A DNA stretch of 32,000 nt, from assembly GCF_000007145.1 (NCBI RefSeq), contig NC_003902.1, positions 60,001 to 92,000 on the forward strand. The letters are read 5' to 3'. Below, piece by piece: positions 24,235 through 31,898 of this stretch. How positions within the stretch are numbered: the first letter of the stretch is position 1; each line of letters starts with the position of its first letter. Source of the stretch: Xanthomonas campestris pv. campestris str. ATCC 33913. GTDB taxonomy: Bacteria > Pseudomonadota > Gammaproteobacteria > Xanthomonadales > Xanthomonadaceae. The notes under the pieces were generated by a model, which searched no databases, had not been told where the DNA came from, and saw only the letters and a program-made list of their open reading frames with translations. Position numbers and translations under genes: made by a program.

Positions 24235-24761
24235 TTATCGGACAGGCGCCGCCTGGCTTGGCTCGTTCCTGCTCCGCGACACCTCGTGCTGCTGGGTGAG
24301 CACGCGTTCCTGCGCCAGCGTCTGATTGGCGGCCAGCAGTTGCTGGTCGGACTGTTCGACCGGTGTCTGGATGGCCTGGTCCACGTCCACATGCACACGC
24401 TTGTGGGCAGGGTCATCCAGGCGGCCCTCCACTGCGAACACATTGCCGGTTTTGCCCATCACTCCGTGGTCCACCGGCGTCAGTGCGTCTCTGCCAGCGA
24501 CCGGTCACCGGCGCCCGGATACGCATCGCGGTTGTCCTTGCACACGGCCAACAGACTCCGGCTGATTCGTTCGCTCATGGCGTCGTACGGCTTGCCCGCA
24601 CGAGGTGCGGCCGGGTTCGTTGTTGATGGGCCTTTGCTGCTTGCCGGTAACGCCGTGCAGGCGCCTGTCGAATTCCGCTTGGCCCATTCGTCGTTGTTGC
24701 GAAGGCCGGCATTCCGCCTGCCGCCGTCGTGCTCCTGCCGGGGCGCACAAGGAACCCGCAA
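24235..24761 (-). pseudogene. Frameshifted, 5'-truncated remnant of a third XVIPCD-type effector gene
   Basis: Two frames together recreate an XVIPCD-like sequence. One gives GKPYDAMSERISRSLLAVCKDN (ORF 24480..24761). The other gives (V)DHGVMGKTGNVFAVEGRLDDPAHKRVHVDVDQAIQTPVEQS..QERVLTQQHE (ORF 24235..24474). There is no upstream toxin domain, and the remnant abuts the start of the + strand gene at 24761. Confidence 0.55.
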
Positions 24762-25387
24762 TGCGTGAGCTGAAATTGATGATGTCGGTGTCGCTGGATG
24801 GGTTTGTCAGCGGTCCGGCGGGCGAGATCGACTGGATGTTCAGTGGCGACCAGGCGGCCATTGCCTGGAAGGTGGAAACCGCCTGGAATGCCAGCTTGCA
24901 TCTGATGGGCAGCCGGACATTCCAGGGCATGGCCAGCTTCTGGCCGACGGCCACCTCGCCGTTTGCCGCGCCGATGAACCAGATCCCCAAAGCCGTGTGT
25001 TCGGCACAGGGCCCGGCGGTGCTGGAGGTGGCCCGCGCATCACTCGCCGCTGCGCGCGCGCAACTGAGTACCCTGCCGGGCGCGCAGCTGCAGGCCGGCG
25101 CGGACAGCTGGGCCAATGCCACGGTCGCCAGCGGCCCGTTGGCCGATGCAATCGCCGCGCTCAGGACCCAGGACGGCAAACCGATCATTGCCCACGGCGG
25201 CGCCGCCTTCGCGCGCAGCCTCATCGCCCACAACCTCGCAGACGAATATGTGTTGGGCGTTTACCCGATCCTGCTGGGCAAGGGCGTGCCGATCTTCAAC
25301 GACCTGCCGGCCCCCAGGCCGCTCACGCTGGTGAGCACCCACACCTTCCCCAGCGGCTTCATGGCGCAAACGTATCGGCCTGCGTAG
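24761..25387 (+). CDS. Dihydrofolate reductase-like (RibD C-terminal domain) family protein
   Basis: MRELKLMMSVSLDGFVSGPAGEIDWMF..., HGGAAFARSLIAHNLADEYVLGVYPILLGKGVPIF. AAGGAA lies upstream of the ATG at 24761. Confidence 0.85.
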   Translation: MRELKLMMSVSLDGFVSGPAGEIDWMFSGDQAAIAWKVETAWNASLHLMGSRTFQGMASFWPTATSPFAAPMNQIPKAVCSAQGPAVLEVARASLAAARAQLSTLPGAQLQAGADSWANATVASGPLADAIAALRTQDGKPIIAHGGAAFARSLIAHNLADEYVLGVYPILLGKGVPIFNDLPAPRPLTLVSTHTFPSGFMAQTYRPA

Positions 25388-25407
25388 AAGTGCCTGGTGC
25401 CGTGTGT

Positions 25408-25434
25408 TGTCAGCAGCGCGGTGGCTGCTGGACA
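25408..25434 (+). terminator. Hairpin after the RibD_C-like gene
   Basis: TGTCAGCAGC-gcggtg-GCTGCTGGACA (one bulge), 21 nt after the TAG at 25385-25387. No U-tract. Confidence 0.3.
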
Positions 25435-25575
25435 CAAGACAGCTGCGTCGTGCATAGCAGGGCCTGCCTTCCCGACATCATCCACGCGCCGTCTTGCATG
25501 CAGGCAGGTGATCATGCCGACGCGGCATTGATACGTGTGAGCGGGGCGTTGTGCACAAAATGCGTGCGCAGAGCC

Positions 25576-25620
25576 TTAAACGCCAAACGCCCCGGACAAG
25601 CCGGGGCGTTTGGCGTTTAA
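25576..25620. terminator. Perfect 20-bp-stem hairpin, likely bidirectional terminator
   Basis: TTAAACGCCAAACGCCCCGG-acaag-CCGGGGCGTTTGGCGTTTAA, between the convergent RibD_C-like (+) and CsbD (-) genes. Confidence 0.7.
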
Positions 25621-25784
25621 CTCATTGGCGTAGTGCGCGTGAACCATTCAAACGGCGATGGCCCTCAACGCATCCCGCCTTCCATCGGCTGTGCACTACC
25701 CGCAGGCTGCAGCACTGCGCACCAAACCAACCTGACATGCGCACCACCTGCCAAACCTGCAACAGCAGCGCTGAAGCGAAGGAG

Positions 25785-25973
25785 TTACCTGGTGGACTTG
25801 GTCGCGTCGCGCACGTCGTCGGCGAGTTCGCCGGCCTTGCGCTGCACCTTGCCGATATTCTTTTCGGCGGCGCCTTCCAGTTCGGTGCTCTTGTCGCCGG
25901 TGACACGGCCGATGGCTTCCTTCACCGAGCCCTTGACCTGCTTGGCGGCGCCTTCGATACGGTTCTTATCCAT
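25785..25973 (-). CDS. CsbD family general stress protein
   Basis: MDKNRIEGAAKQVKGSVKEAIGRVTGDKSTELEGAAEKNIGKVQRKAGELADDVRD is the typical CsbD repeat pattern. Start set at the internal ATG 25973. Confidence 0.85.
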   Translation of the reverse strand: MDKNRIEGAAKQVKGSVKEAIGRVTGDKSTELEGAAEKNIGKVQRKAGELADDVRDATKSTR

Positions 25974-26107
25974 GGGACGTTTCTCGTAGTTTGGGGAACC
26001 GGTCCAGTCTGTCTGGGCCGGTGTGAGCATGGTGTGCGTCTGTTGCTGCGATGCACACATGCGAATGCACTAGCTGGGCTGGTGCATTCGCGTCATCTAC
26101 CCCGCGC

Positions 26108-26335
26108 TCACGGCTTGCGTGCAGGTTTCTTTGCCGGGCGGCCGGCAAAACCACGCTCACGCGCCCAGACAATGGCTTCGCCGCGGCTATGCACGTCGAT
26201 CTTGGAATACAGCGCGGCCACATGGTTGCGCACCGTGTTGGGCGACACACCCAGTTGCTGCGCGATCTCCTTGTCGGCCAGGCCTTCGGCGAGCAGGCCC
26301 AGCACATCGCGCTCGCGGCCCGTGAGGTCGGCCAC
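26108..26335 (-). CDS. LuxR/GerE-type HTH-only protein (standalone, or the remnant of a response regulator)
   Basis: LTGRERDVLGLLAEGLADKEIAQQLGVSPNTVRNHVAALYSKIDVHSRGEA. GTG start, with an in-frame TGA only 9 codons upstream, so there is no receiver domain. Confidence 0.6.
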   Translation of the reverse strand: MADLTGRERDVLGLLAEGLADKEIAQQLGVSPNTVRNHVAALYSKIDVHSRGEAIVWARERGFAGRPAKKPARKP

Positions 26336-26523
26336 GCCGCAGCCGTGCGCCTGACGCGCTCAAGCGCACCGCCGAGCAGAAGGCATGCGAAGCCGGCGAC
26401 ACCGCCGCACGCGGTGTCTCGCGCGCTGCCTGGACCACGCTGGTGCTGCTGCTATTGGGCGCCGCCGTGTCGTTCGCCGCCGGCCGGGTGGGCCGGCGTA
26501 CCGATCCGGTGGTGGAGGGGTGA
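26326..26523 (+). pseudogene. Orphan 3' end of a + strand gene (C-terminal membrane-anchor tail), no start codon
   Basis: The frame reads ...ALKRTAEQKACEAGDTAARGVSRAAWTTLVLLLLGAAVSFAAGRVGRRTDPVVEG* and is followed by a canonical terminator. There is no ATG/GTG in frame after the preceding stop. Confidence 0.3.
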
Positions 26524-26579
26524 GCCGTTGGCGGCGATGACGTCACCTGCCGACCGGCACTGACGGCATGCGCGTGCGA

Positions 26580-26613
26580 GCCGGGCCATCTAGGGGTGGC
26601 CCGGCTTTTTGTT
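26580..26613 (+). terminator. Rho-independent terminator (+ strand)
   Basis: GCCGGGCCA-tctagggg-TGGCCCGGC followed by TTTTTGTT. Confidence 0.7.
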
Positions 26614-26896
26614 GTACCTCCCGCCGCACGGCGTGTTGCGTGGCGGGGTGCTGTGATGCGCGGCGAGCAACGACGGGCGTTCGGTACTGTGGGTCATCGG
26701 ATGCTGGCGTGCAGAAACGCCGGCAGTGGGCCGCAGACCTCACGTATGCGCTAGGTCGTGCATGTGCCAGCGGTGAAGCGCTGCGGGTGAGGTTGACAGC
26801 TCTGCGCGGTGCGCGTTGCCTTCAGACGAGCGGCAGCTGCGGGGCTGGCACCTGTGGCGTGCTTCCGGCGATGATCTGGAGCGGGGATTCCAGGGA

Positions 26897-27769
26897 ATGG
26901 CAATGCAAGCGGACGCTGCAACAGGCGCGTATGGTGCGCGCACCAACTACGTCTTGATCGACTACGAAAACGTGCAACCCACCGACGCACGCTTGCTCAA
27001 TCGCGATGATGTGCGGGTGTGGGTGTTCGTGGGCGCAAACCAGAAAAGCGTCTTGACCGATCTGGTCACCGAGCTGCAGGTGCTGGGCACGCGCGCCAGG
27101 TATGAGCGTTGCTCCGGCAACGGCTCCAACGCGCTGGATTTCCATATCGCGTATGTGCTGGGGCAACTCTCTCGCGACGACCCGGCCGGCTTCTTCCATA
27201 TCATCTCGAAAGACACCGGCTTCGATCCGCTGATCGCTTACCTGAAACAGCAGAAGATCTTCGGCGCACGTGCTGCCAGCATCTCGCAGATGCCGCTGTT
27301 CAAGTCGATGGCCGCATCGGTGCATACGGCAGCTGCCGCACCGCCGCCACTGCCTGCCTCTGCAACGCCGCTGCCGTTGATGCCGCGCGCGCTGATTTCG
27401 GTTCCTGCCTCCAAGGCATCGGCGCCTGCGGCGGCCAACCAACTAGCCCCAGTAACGCTGTGCCCTGCGCAGACCTCGACCACGCCAGCCAGCGCGAACA
27501 CACCGGCACCACCGGTCAAATCCACCGCCGCTACACATCCGGCCAAAGGCACCAAGCCGCCAACAGCGGCCGAGCGTCTGCAGAAGATCCGCGCCTCGTT
27601 GGCCAAGATGCCGGCGCGTGCGCGCCCCATCAAATTGACCTCGCTGCAGAATCACATCGCCGCGCATTTCCAGAAAGCCATCAGCGCTGCAGAGGTCAGC
27701 GCCGTGATCGCCGGGCTGCAGAAGGCCGGCGTGTTGCAGGTCAGCGAAAGCAAGGTGCGCTACTGCTGA
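26897..27769 (+). CDS. NYN/LabA-like PIN-fold protein with a Pro/Ala-rich linker and a small C-terminal wHTH-like domain
   Basis: YVLIDYENV, SGNGSNALDFHIAYVLG and FHIISKDTGFDPLIAYLKQQKI give the acidic-residue pattern of NYN/PIN-like nucleases. Then a ~110-aa A/P/T-rich linker. The C-terminus is LTSLQNHIAAHFQKAISAAEVSAVIAGLQKAGVLQVSESKVRY. Start set at ATG 26897. Confidence 0.6.
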   Translation: MAMQADAATGAYGARTNYVLIDYENVQPTDARLLNRDDVRVWVFVGANQKSVLTDLVTELQVLGTRARYERCSGNGSNALDFHIAYVLGQLSRDDPAGFFHIISKDTGFDPLIAYLKQQKIFGARAASISQMPLFKSMAASVHTAAAAPPPLPASATPLPLMPRALISVPASKASAPAAANQLAPVTLCPAQTSTTPASANTPAPPVKSTAATHPAKGTKPPTAAERLQKIRASLAKMPARARPIKLTSLQNHIAAHFQKAISAAEVSAVIAGLQKAGVLQVSESKVRYC

Positions 27770-27912
27770 TCGCGCAGTGCGCGGGCTGGCTCGGCTGCAC
27801 ATGGCTGCGCGCAACTGCGCGCGCGTGCGCTGCCGGTCATGGGAGTGGCGAAGATCAGGCTGCACAGGTACGTCGTAGATCTGGCGCGCTTACCGTGCGC
27901 TGCTGATGCCAG

Positions 27913-29133
27913 TCACTCCACGCTCGCCGCCACCAGCCGCTGCCACAGCGCGGCATTGGCCGCCTCGTCCGGTTCCAGCGTGGCAAGCACGCTCAGGGCG
28001 TGGGTTTCGGTTTCGGCGCCGTGGCGGGCGAGCATGGCCAGGGCGGCGGCCAGGCGCCCGTAGCGCAATGCGCGCCCGAGCGATGTGGCCAGCAAGGTGC
28101 TGTCGTGCTCGGGGCGTTGTTCGTCCAGCGCGGTGCCGAGTTGGGCGGGCAGCTCCCAGGCCGTGGCGATGGTCTTGGCCACCGCGGCGGTGTGGCGGTC
28201 GACCAGGTGGGCGGCCACCTCCAGGCTGTACGGCACCGACGGCTGCTCGGCGTAGGCGTCGCGCAGCACGCGCAGGATCACCACCGCGCCCAGGCCTTGC
28301 AGCAGGCCGGCCAGTTGCGCCGACAAGGTGTCGCCACCGCGCTCGCGCACATAGGCGGCCGCGGCGGTGGCGGTGCGCAGCGCGTAGTCCCAGACCGCCG
28401 CCGGCAGGCGGGCGTACAGGCCACCTTCAAGGCTGAGCACTGGTTGCATCACCGCGGCGGCCACGATCTGGCGCACGCCTTCGGTGCCGATGTGCACCAC
28501 CGCGCGCTCCAGGCTTTCCAGCGGGCCGCCTTGCGGGCGGTACAGGGCACTGTTGGCGATGCGCAGCAGGTTGGCGGCCAGCGCCGGGTCCTGCGCGATG
28601 ATCGCGGCGATGCCGCGGCCGGACGCATCCGGGTCGTTGACCGCACGCATCAGCTGCGGCAACAGGTGCGGGCGCCGCGGCAGCAGCTGCGGGCGCATGT
28701 CCACGTGGTCGAGCGCGCTGACCGCACTGGCCAGCACGGTGGCCTGGGCGGGGTCGATGGCGGTGTCGGCATCGGCCAGCGAAGGGGTATCCATCACCGC
28801 GGCATACATGCGCCGCAACAACGGGCGCATCGGCGGCGGCTCGGCCATCACCGCGCGCGGCTCGGCTGTGCTTGCGGGCATGGCGGTGGCAGCGCCATCG
28901 GGTGCCGCTGGCGCGGACTCGGACACCGGCGCGGGGTCGGCGGTGGAGACGGCGGGCGGGTCCCCACGACGCGAGGCGGCGACCACGCCGAGCACGATGG
29001 CAAGCACCCCCACAACAGCCAACAGCACAATCACAAGCATCTTGGGAAATCGTTTGATCAGTGGCGCGACTATCCGCGAAGCGGGCCGTGCCGGCAACGT
29101 GGCACGCGCGCGGGCGCGGCCTGGCGCGGTCAT
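27913..29133 (-). CDS. Membrane-anchored HDOD domain protein
   Basis: HDOD-like core LPQLMRAVNDPDASGRGIAAIIAQDPALAANLLRIANSALYRPQGGPLESLERAVVHIGTEGVRQI. N-terminal TM helix MLVIVLLAVVGVLAIVLGVVAA. Start ambiguous (29211, 29133 or 29040). Confidence 0.8.
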   Translation of the reverse strand: MTAPGRARARATLPARPASRIVAPLIKRFPKMLVIVLLAVVGVLAIVLGVVAASRRGDPPAVSTADPAPVSESAPAAPDGAATAMPASTAEPRAVMAEPPPMRPLLRRMYAAVMDTPSLADADTAIDPAQATVLASAVSALDHVDMRPQLLPRRPHLLPQLMRAVNDPDASGRGIAAIIAQDPALAANLLRIANSALYRPQGGPLESLERAVVHIGTEGVRQIVAAAVMQPVLSLEGGLYARLPAAVWDYALRTATAAAAYVRERGGDTLSAQLAGLLQGLGAVVILRVLRDAYAEQPSVPYSLEVAAHLVDRHTAAVAKTIATAWELPAQLGTALDEQRPEHDSTLLATSLGRALRYGRLAAALAMLARHGAETETHALSVLATLEPDEAANAALWQRLVAASVE

Positions 29134-29197
29134 GTCGATTTCCGGCGGCCTGGTGCGTCGTAGGGCAGAGGGTCGTCCTCTGCCAGCTGCGAGCGCC

Positions 29198-29638
29198 ATG
29201 TCCACCGTCACCCTGCACCGTGTTCTGCGTGCCAGCCCCGAGCGGGTCTACCGCGCCTTCCTGGATGCCGCTGCGTTGAGCAAGTGGTTGCCGCCGCATG
29301 GCTTTACCAACACGGTGGAGCATCTGGATGCCCGCGTCGGCGGTACCTTCCGCATGGCGTTCACCCAGTTTGGCAGCGGCCAGCGGCACGCGTTCGGCGG
29401 CACCTACCGTGAGCTGGTGCCCAACGCGCTGCTGCGCTACGACGATGTCTTCGACGACCCGTCACTGCCCGGCACGCTGCTGACCACGGTACGGTTGCTG
29501 CCGTTGCCGTGCGGCACCGACCTGCACGTGGTGCAGGAGGGGATTCCCGAACAGATCCCGCTGCACGCCTGCTACCTGGGCTGGCAGGAGTCGTTGACGC
29601 TGCTGGCGTTGTTGGTGGAAGCGCAGCGCGCGGAGTGA
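29198..29638 (+). CDS. SRPBCC superfamily protein (AHSA1/Aha1-like)
   Basis: MSTVTLHRVLRASPERVYRAFLDAAALSKWLPPHGFT...GGTFRMAF...FGGTYRELVPNALLRY. The real gene is embedded in the longer shadow ORF 28484..29638. Confidence 0.85.
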   Translation: MSTVTLHRVLRASPERVYRAFLDAAALSKWLPPHGFTNTVEHLDARVGGTFRMAFTQFGSGQRHAFGGTYRELVPNALLRYDDVFDDPSLPGTLLTTVRLLPLPCGTDLHVVQEGIPEQIPLHACYLGWQESLTLLALLVEAQRAE

Positions 29639-29914
29639 ACCTGGCGCCACAGCGACTGCTGCACGATCGATGCGGCGGTGCAGCGATGAGCGGGCTGTCT
29701 TCAGGTTGACCGCTGCGCTGCACGCGGTGCTAACGGGGACATCGCGACTATGCGTCACCAGCTGTGCAGCCCTAGAGCATCTAGGCAGCTTAAAGGGTGC
29801 AGGCATCCGCAGTTGGACCACTTTCTTCGACAGACCCCGTGCAGGCATGGAGGTCTGTCGCGCCGTGTGTGGCGTTTGCTGGATCAGGCGGTGTCGGTGC
29901 GGTTTGCCTTTTTC

Positions 29915-29982
29915 GTAGGAGCGCGCTTGCGCGCGATGTGGCGTTACCGGTAGAGCTTCTTCGCGCGCGAGCGCGCTCCTAC
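29915..29982. repeat. 68-bp palindromic REP-like element, copy 1
   Basis: GTAGGAGCGCGCTTGCGCGCGA - 24 nt - TCGCGCGCGAGCGCGCTCCTAC. Confidence 0.9.
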
Positions 29983-30138
29983 GCGGCTGCTTGCGCGGTT
30001 ACGTATTCTGATCGTTTGCGTGCTGGCCGCTCCAAGGTTTTCGAGCTGTAGTCGCACGCTCTGTGGCGGCTGTACGCCGAATAAGCGCACCAGTCTTGTC
30101 TACGTTGATGCTTTGGCAACCGCGACCAAGCTGCCTTT

Positions 30139-30206
30139 GTAGGAGCGCGCTTGTGCGCGATGGGGCGTTATCGGCAAAGCCTCATCGCGCGCAAGCGCGC
30201 TCCTAC
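30139..30206. repeat. 68-bp palindromic REP-like element, copy 2
   Basis: GTAGGAGCGCGCTTGTGCGCGA - 24 nt - TCGCGCGCAAGCGCGCTCCTAC, preceded by the conserved CGCGACCAAGCTGCCTTT. Confidence 0.9.
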
Positions 30207-30374
30207 GTTGCATTTGCTTGGCGCGTCACGTGCTGCGATCGCTTGCACGTCATCGCCGCTACAACATCTGTCCTGAGCCGTGCGTTCTGTTCCAACGTCG
30301 AATGTGGCGGAGCTTGTCGCCCTGGCGTAATGATTTTGGGCCGCCCCTGCGGCACCCGCGACCAGGCCGCCTTT

Positions 30375-30442
30375 GTAGGAGCGCGCTTGCGCGCGATGAG
30401 GCGTTGTGGGTAACGCTTCATCGCGCGCAAGCGCGCTCCTAC
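30375..30442. repeat. 68-bp palindromic REP-like element, copy 3
   Basis: GTAGGAGCGCGCTTGCGCGCGA - 24 nt - TCGCGCGCAAGCGCGCTCCTAC, preceded by CGCGACCAGGCCGCCTTT. Confidence 0.9.
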
Positions 30443-30513
30443 GAGGCGTCGATCGCGCGCGACGTTGACCGGCGTCTCTGCGTCTCCGCGTGCCGCGCTC
30501 GCGCGCAAGCCAT

Positions 30514-30825
30514 CTACAACGTGCCCTGCTTCCACAGCCGTACGATTTCCGCCGGGGCGTGTTCTTCGGGGATGCGCAGCGGTTCGCTGGCGCCATCCCA
30601 GATGATGCTGAAGTAGCGGCGGTCGCCGCCGCCGGCTTGCGGGGCGGGGAGTGCATGCGCCAGGCACTGATCCAGCAGCGCGCCCAGGTGTTGGCGTTGC
30701 ACCTCGTCCAGCTCTTCCAGCAGCAGCTGGCGCTCGCGGCGCATGGCCGGGAACGCGGCCACGCCACCTTCGCGTGCCAACCGCAACACGACACCCGGTT
30801 GCAAGGGCGGCAGTTGCACGGTCAT
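30514..30825 (-). CDS. Emfourin-like protein (candidate inhibitor of the upstream M4 protease)
   Basis: 103-aa ORF whose ATG overlaps the protease stop (ATGA at 30822-30825). Size, position and general sequence character match my recollection of the protealysin-operon inhibitor emfourin. Confidence 0.6.
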   Translation of the reverse strand: MTVQLPPLQPGVVLRLAREGGVAAFPAMRRERQLLLEELDEVQRQHLGALLDQCLAHALPAPQAGGGDRRYFSIIWDGASEPLRIPEEHAPAEIVRLWKQGTL

Positions 30826-31898
30826 GCGAGCACGCCCACGTCGCGCCAGGCCTGTTCCACCGCACTGGCCTCGGCACTGCCCGCGCCGTAATCGGTGCTG
30901 GCCACGCGCACGGTGAGTGCGGCGAAGGTGGCGAAGTCCGCACTGGCCGACAGCGCGCCACCGGTGAGGGCGCGGTACCAGATGCGCCCGGCCTTTTCCC
31001 AGGCGTAACCGCCGATGGCAACCGCGGCGCGCTGGAAGGCGCGGTTGGGAATACCGGAGTTGTAGTGCACGCCGCCGTCGTCTTCTTGCGTGTCCACGTA
31101 GGCGTCCATATGCGCCGGTTGCGGGTCCTTGCCCAATGCCGGGTCATCGTAGGCGGTGCCCGGCGCCTGCATCGAGCGTAGCGCCACGCCCTGCACGCCG
31201 GGCAGGAACATGCCGGCACCCACCAGCCAATCGGCCTGCGCGGCGTCCTGGCGCAGCGCGTATTGCTTGACGAGCACGCCGAACACGTCGGAGACCGATT
31301 CGTTCAAGGCACCGGACTGGCCCTGGTAGATCAGGTTGGCGGTGCGCTCGATGACACCGTGGGTGAGCTCGTGGGCCACCACGTCGATGGCGATGGTGAA
31401 GCGGGTGAAGATCTCGCCGTCGCCATCGCCGAACACCATCTGCTCGCCGGTCCAGAACGCGTTGTCGTAGTTGCGCTCGTAGTGCACGGTACCAAGCAGC
31501 GGCATGCCGGCATCGTCGATCGAGTTGCGCGCATACACCTGCTGGAAGAAGGCATGGGTGGCGCCGAGGTAATCGTAAGCCTCGGTCACGGCGACATCGT
31601 CGGTGGGCGGCGCACCTTCCTCGCGCACCAGCACGCCAGGCAGGGCGGTGCCTTGCCGGGCGTCGTAGAGATGCCGCCGCACCGCGGTGTCAGTGGTGGC
31701 GGTGGGCGCATCGTCGGCGCTGTCGCGCGCCAGCAACCCCTGCGCGCGGCGCTGGCGCAGCTGCGCGGTGATGTGGCGGGTGAGCTGCGCGCAGTGCCGT
31801 GCGCGCTCCGGTGCGGCCTGCGCCACGTGGTCCAGCAGATACGGCGGCAGGATGCCGGCGCGGCGGGGCGCAACAAACGCAGACATAGCGATCTCCAC
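30822..31898 (-). CDS. M4 family (thermolysin-like) metallopeptidase of the protealysin-like subgroup
   Basis: HExxH in VVAHELTHGV, downstream GALNESVSDVFG (third zinc ligand motif). The short N-terminal propeptide has the ILPPYLL (PPL) motif characteristic of protealysin-like proteases. No classical signal peptide. Confidence 0.9.
   Translation of the reverse strand: MEIAMSAFVAPRRAGILPPYLLDHVAQAAPERARHCAQLTRHITAQLRQRRAQGLLARDSADDAPTATTDTAVRRHLYDARQGTALPGVLVREEGAPPTDDVAVTEAYDYLGATHAFFQQVYARNSIDDAGMPLLGTVHYERNYDNAFWTGEQMVFGDGDGEIFTRFTIAIDVVAHELTHGVIERTANLIYQGQSGALNESVSDVFGVLVKQYALRQDAAQADWLVGAGMFLPGVQGVALRSMQAPGTAYDDPALGKDPQPAHMDAYVDTQEDDGGVHYNSGIPNRAFQRAAVAIGGYAWEKAGRIWYRALTGGALSASADFATFAALTVRVASTDYGAGSAEASAVEQAWRDVGVLA

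Noticed and set aside
29915-30442. A possible CRISPR array, given three regularly spaced repeats.
   Set aside because: The repeats are 68-bp self-complementary REP-type palindromes, not 28-37-nt CRISPR repeats. The spacers are ~160 bp and partly homologous to each other. There are no cas genes and no leader.
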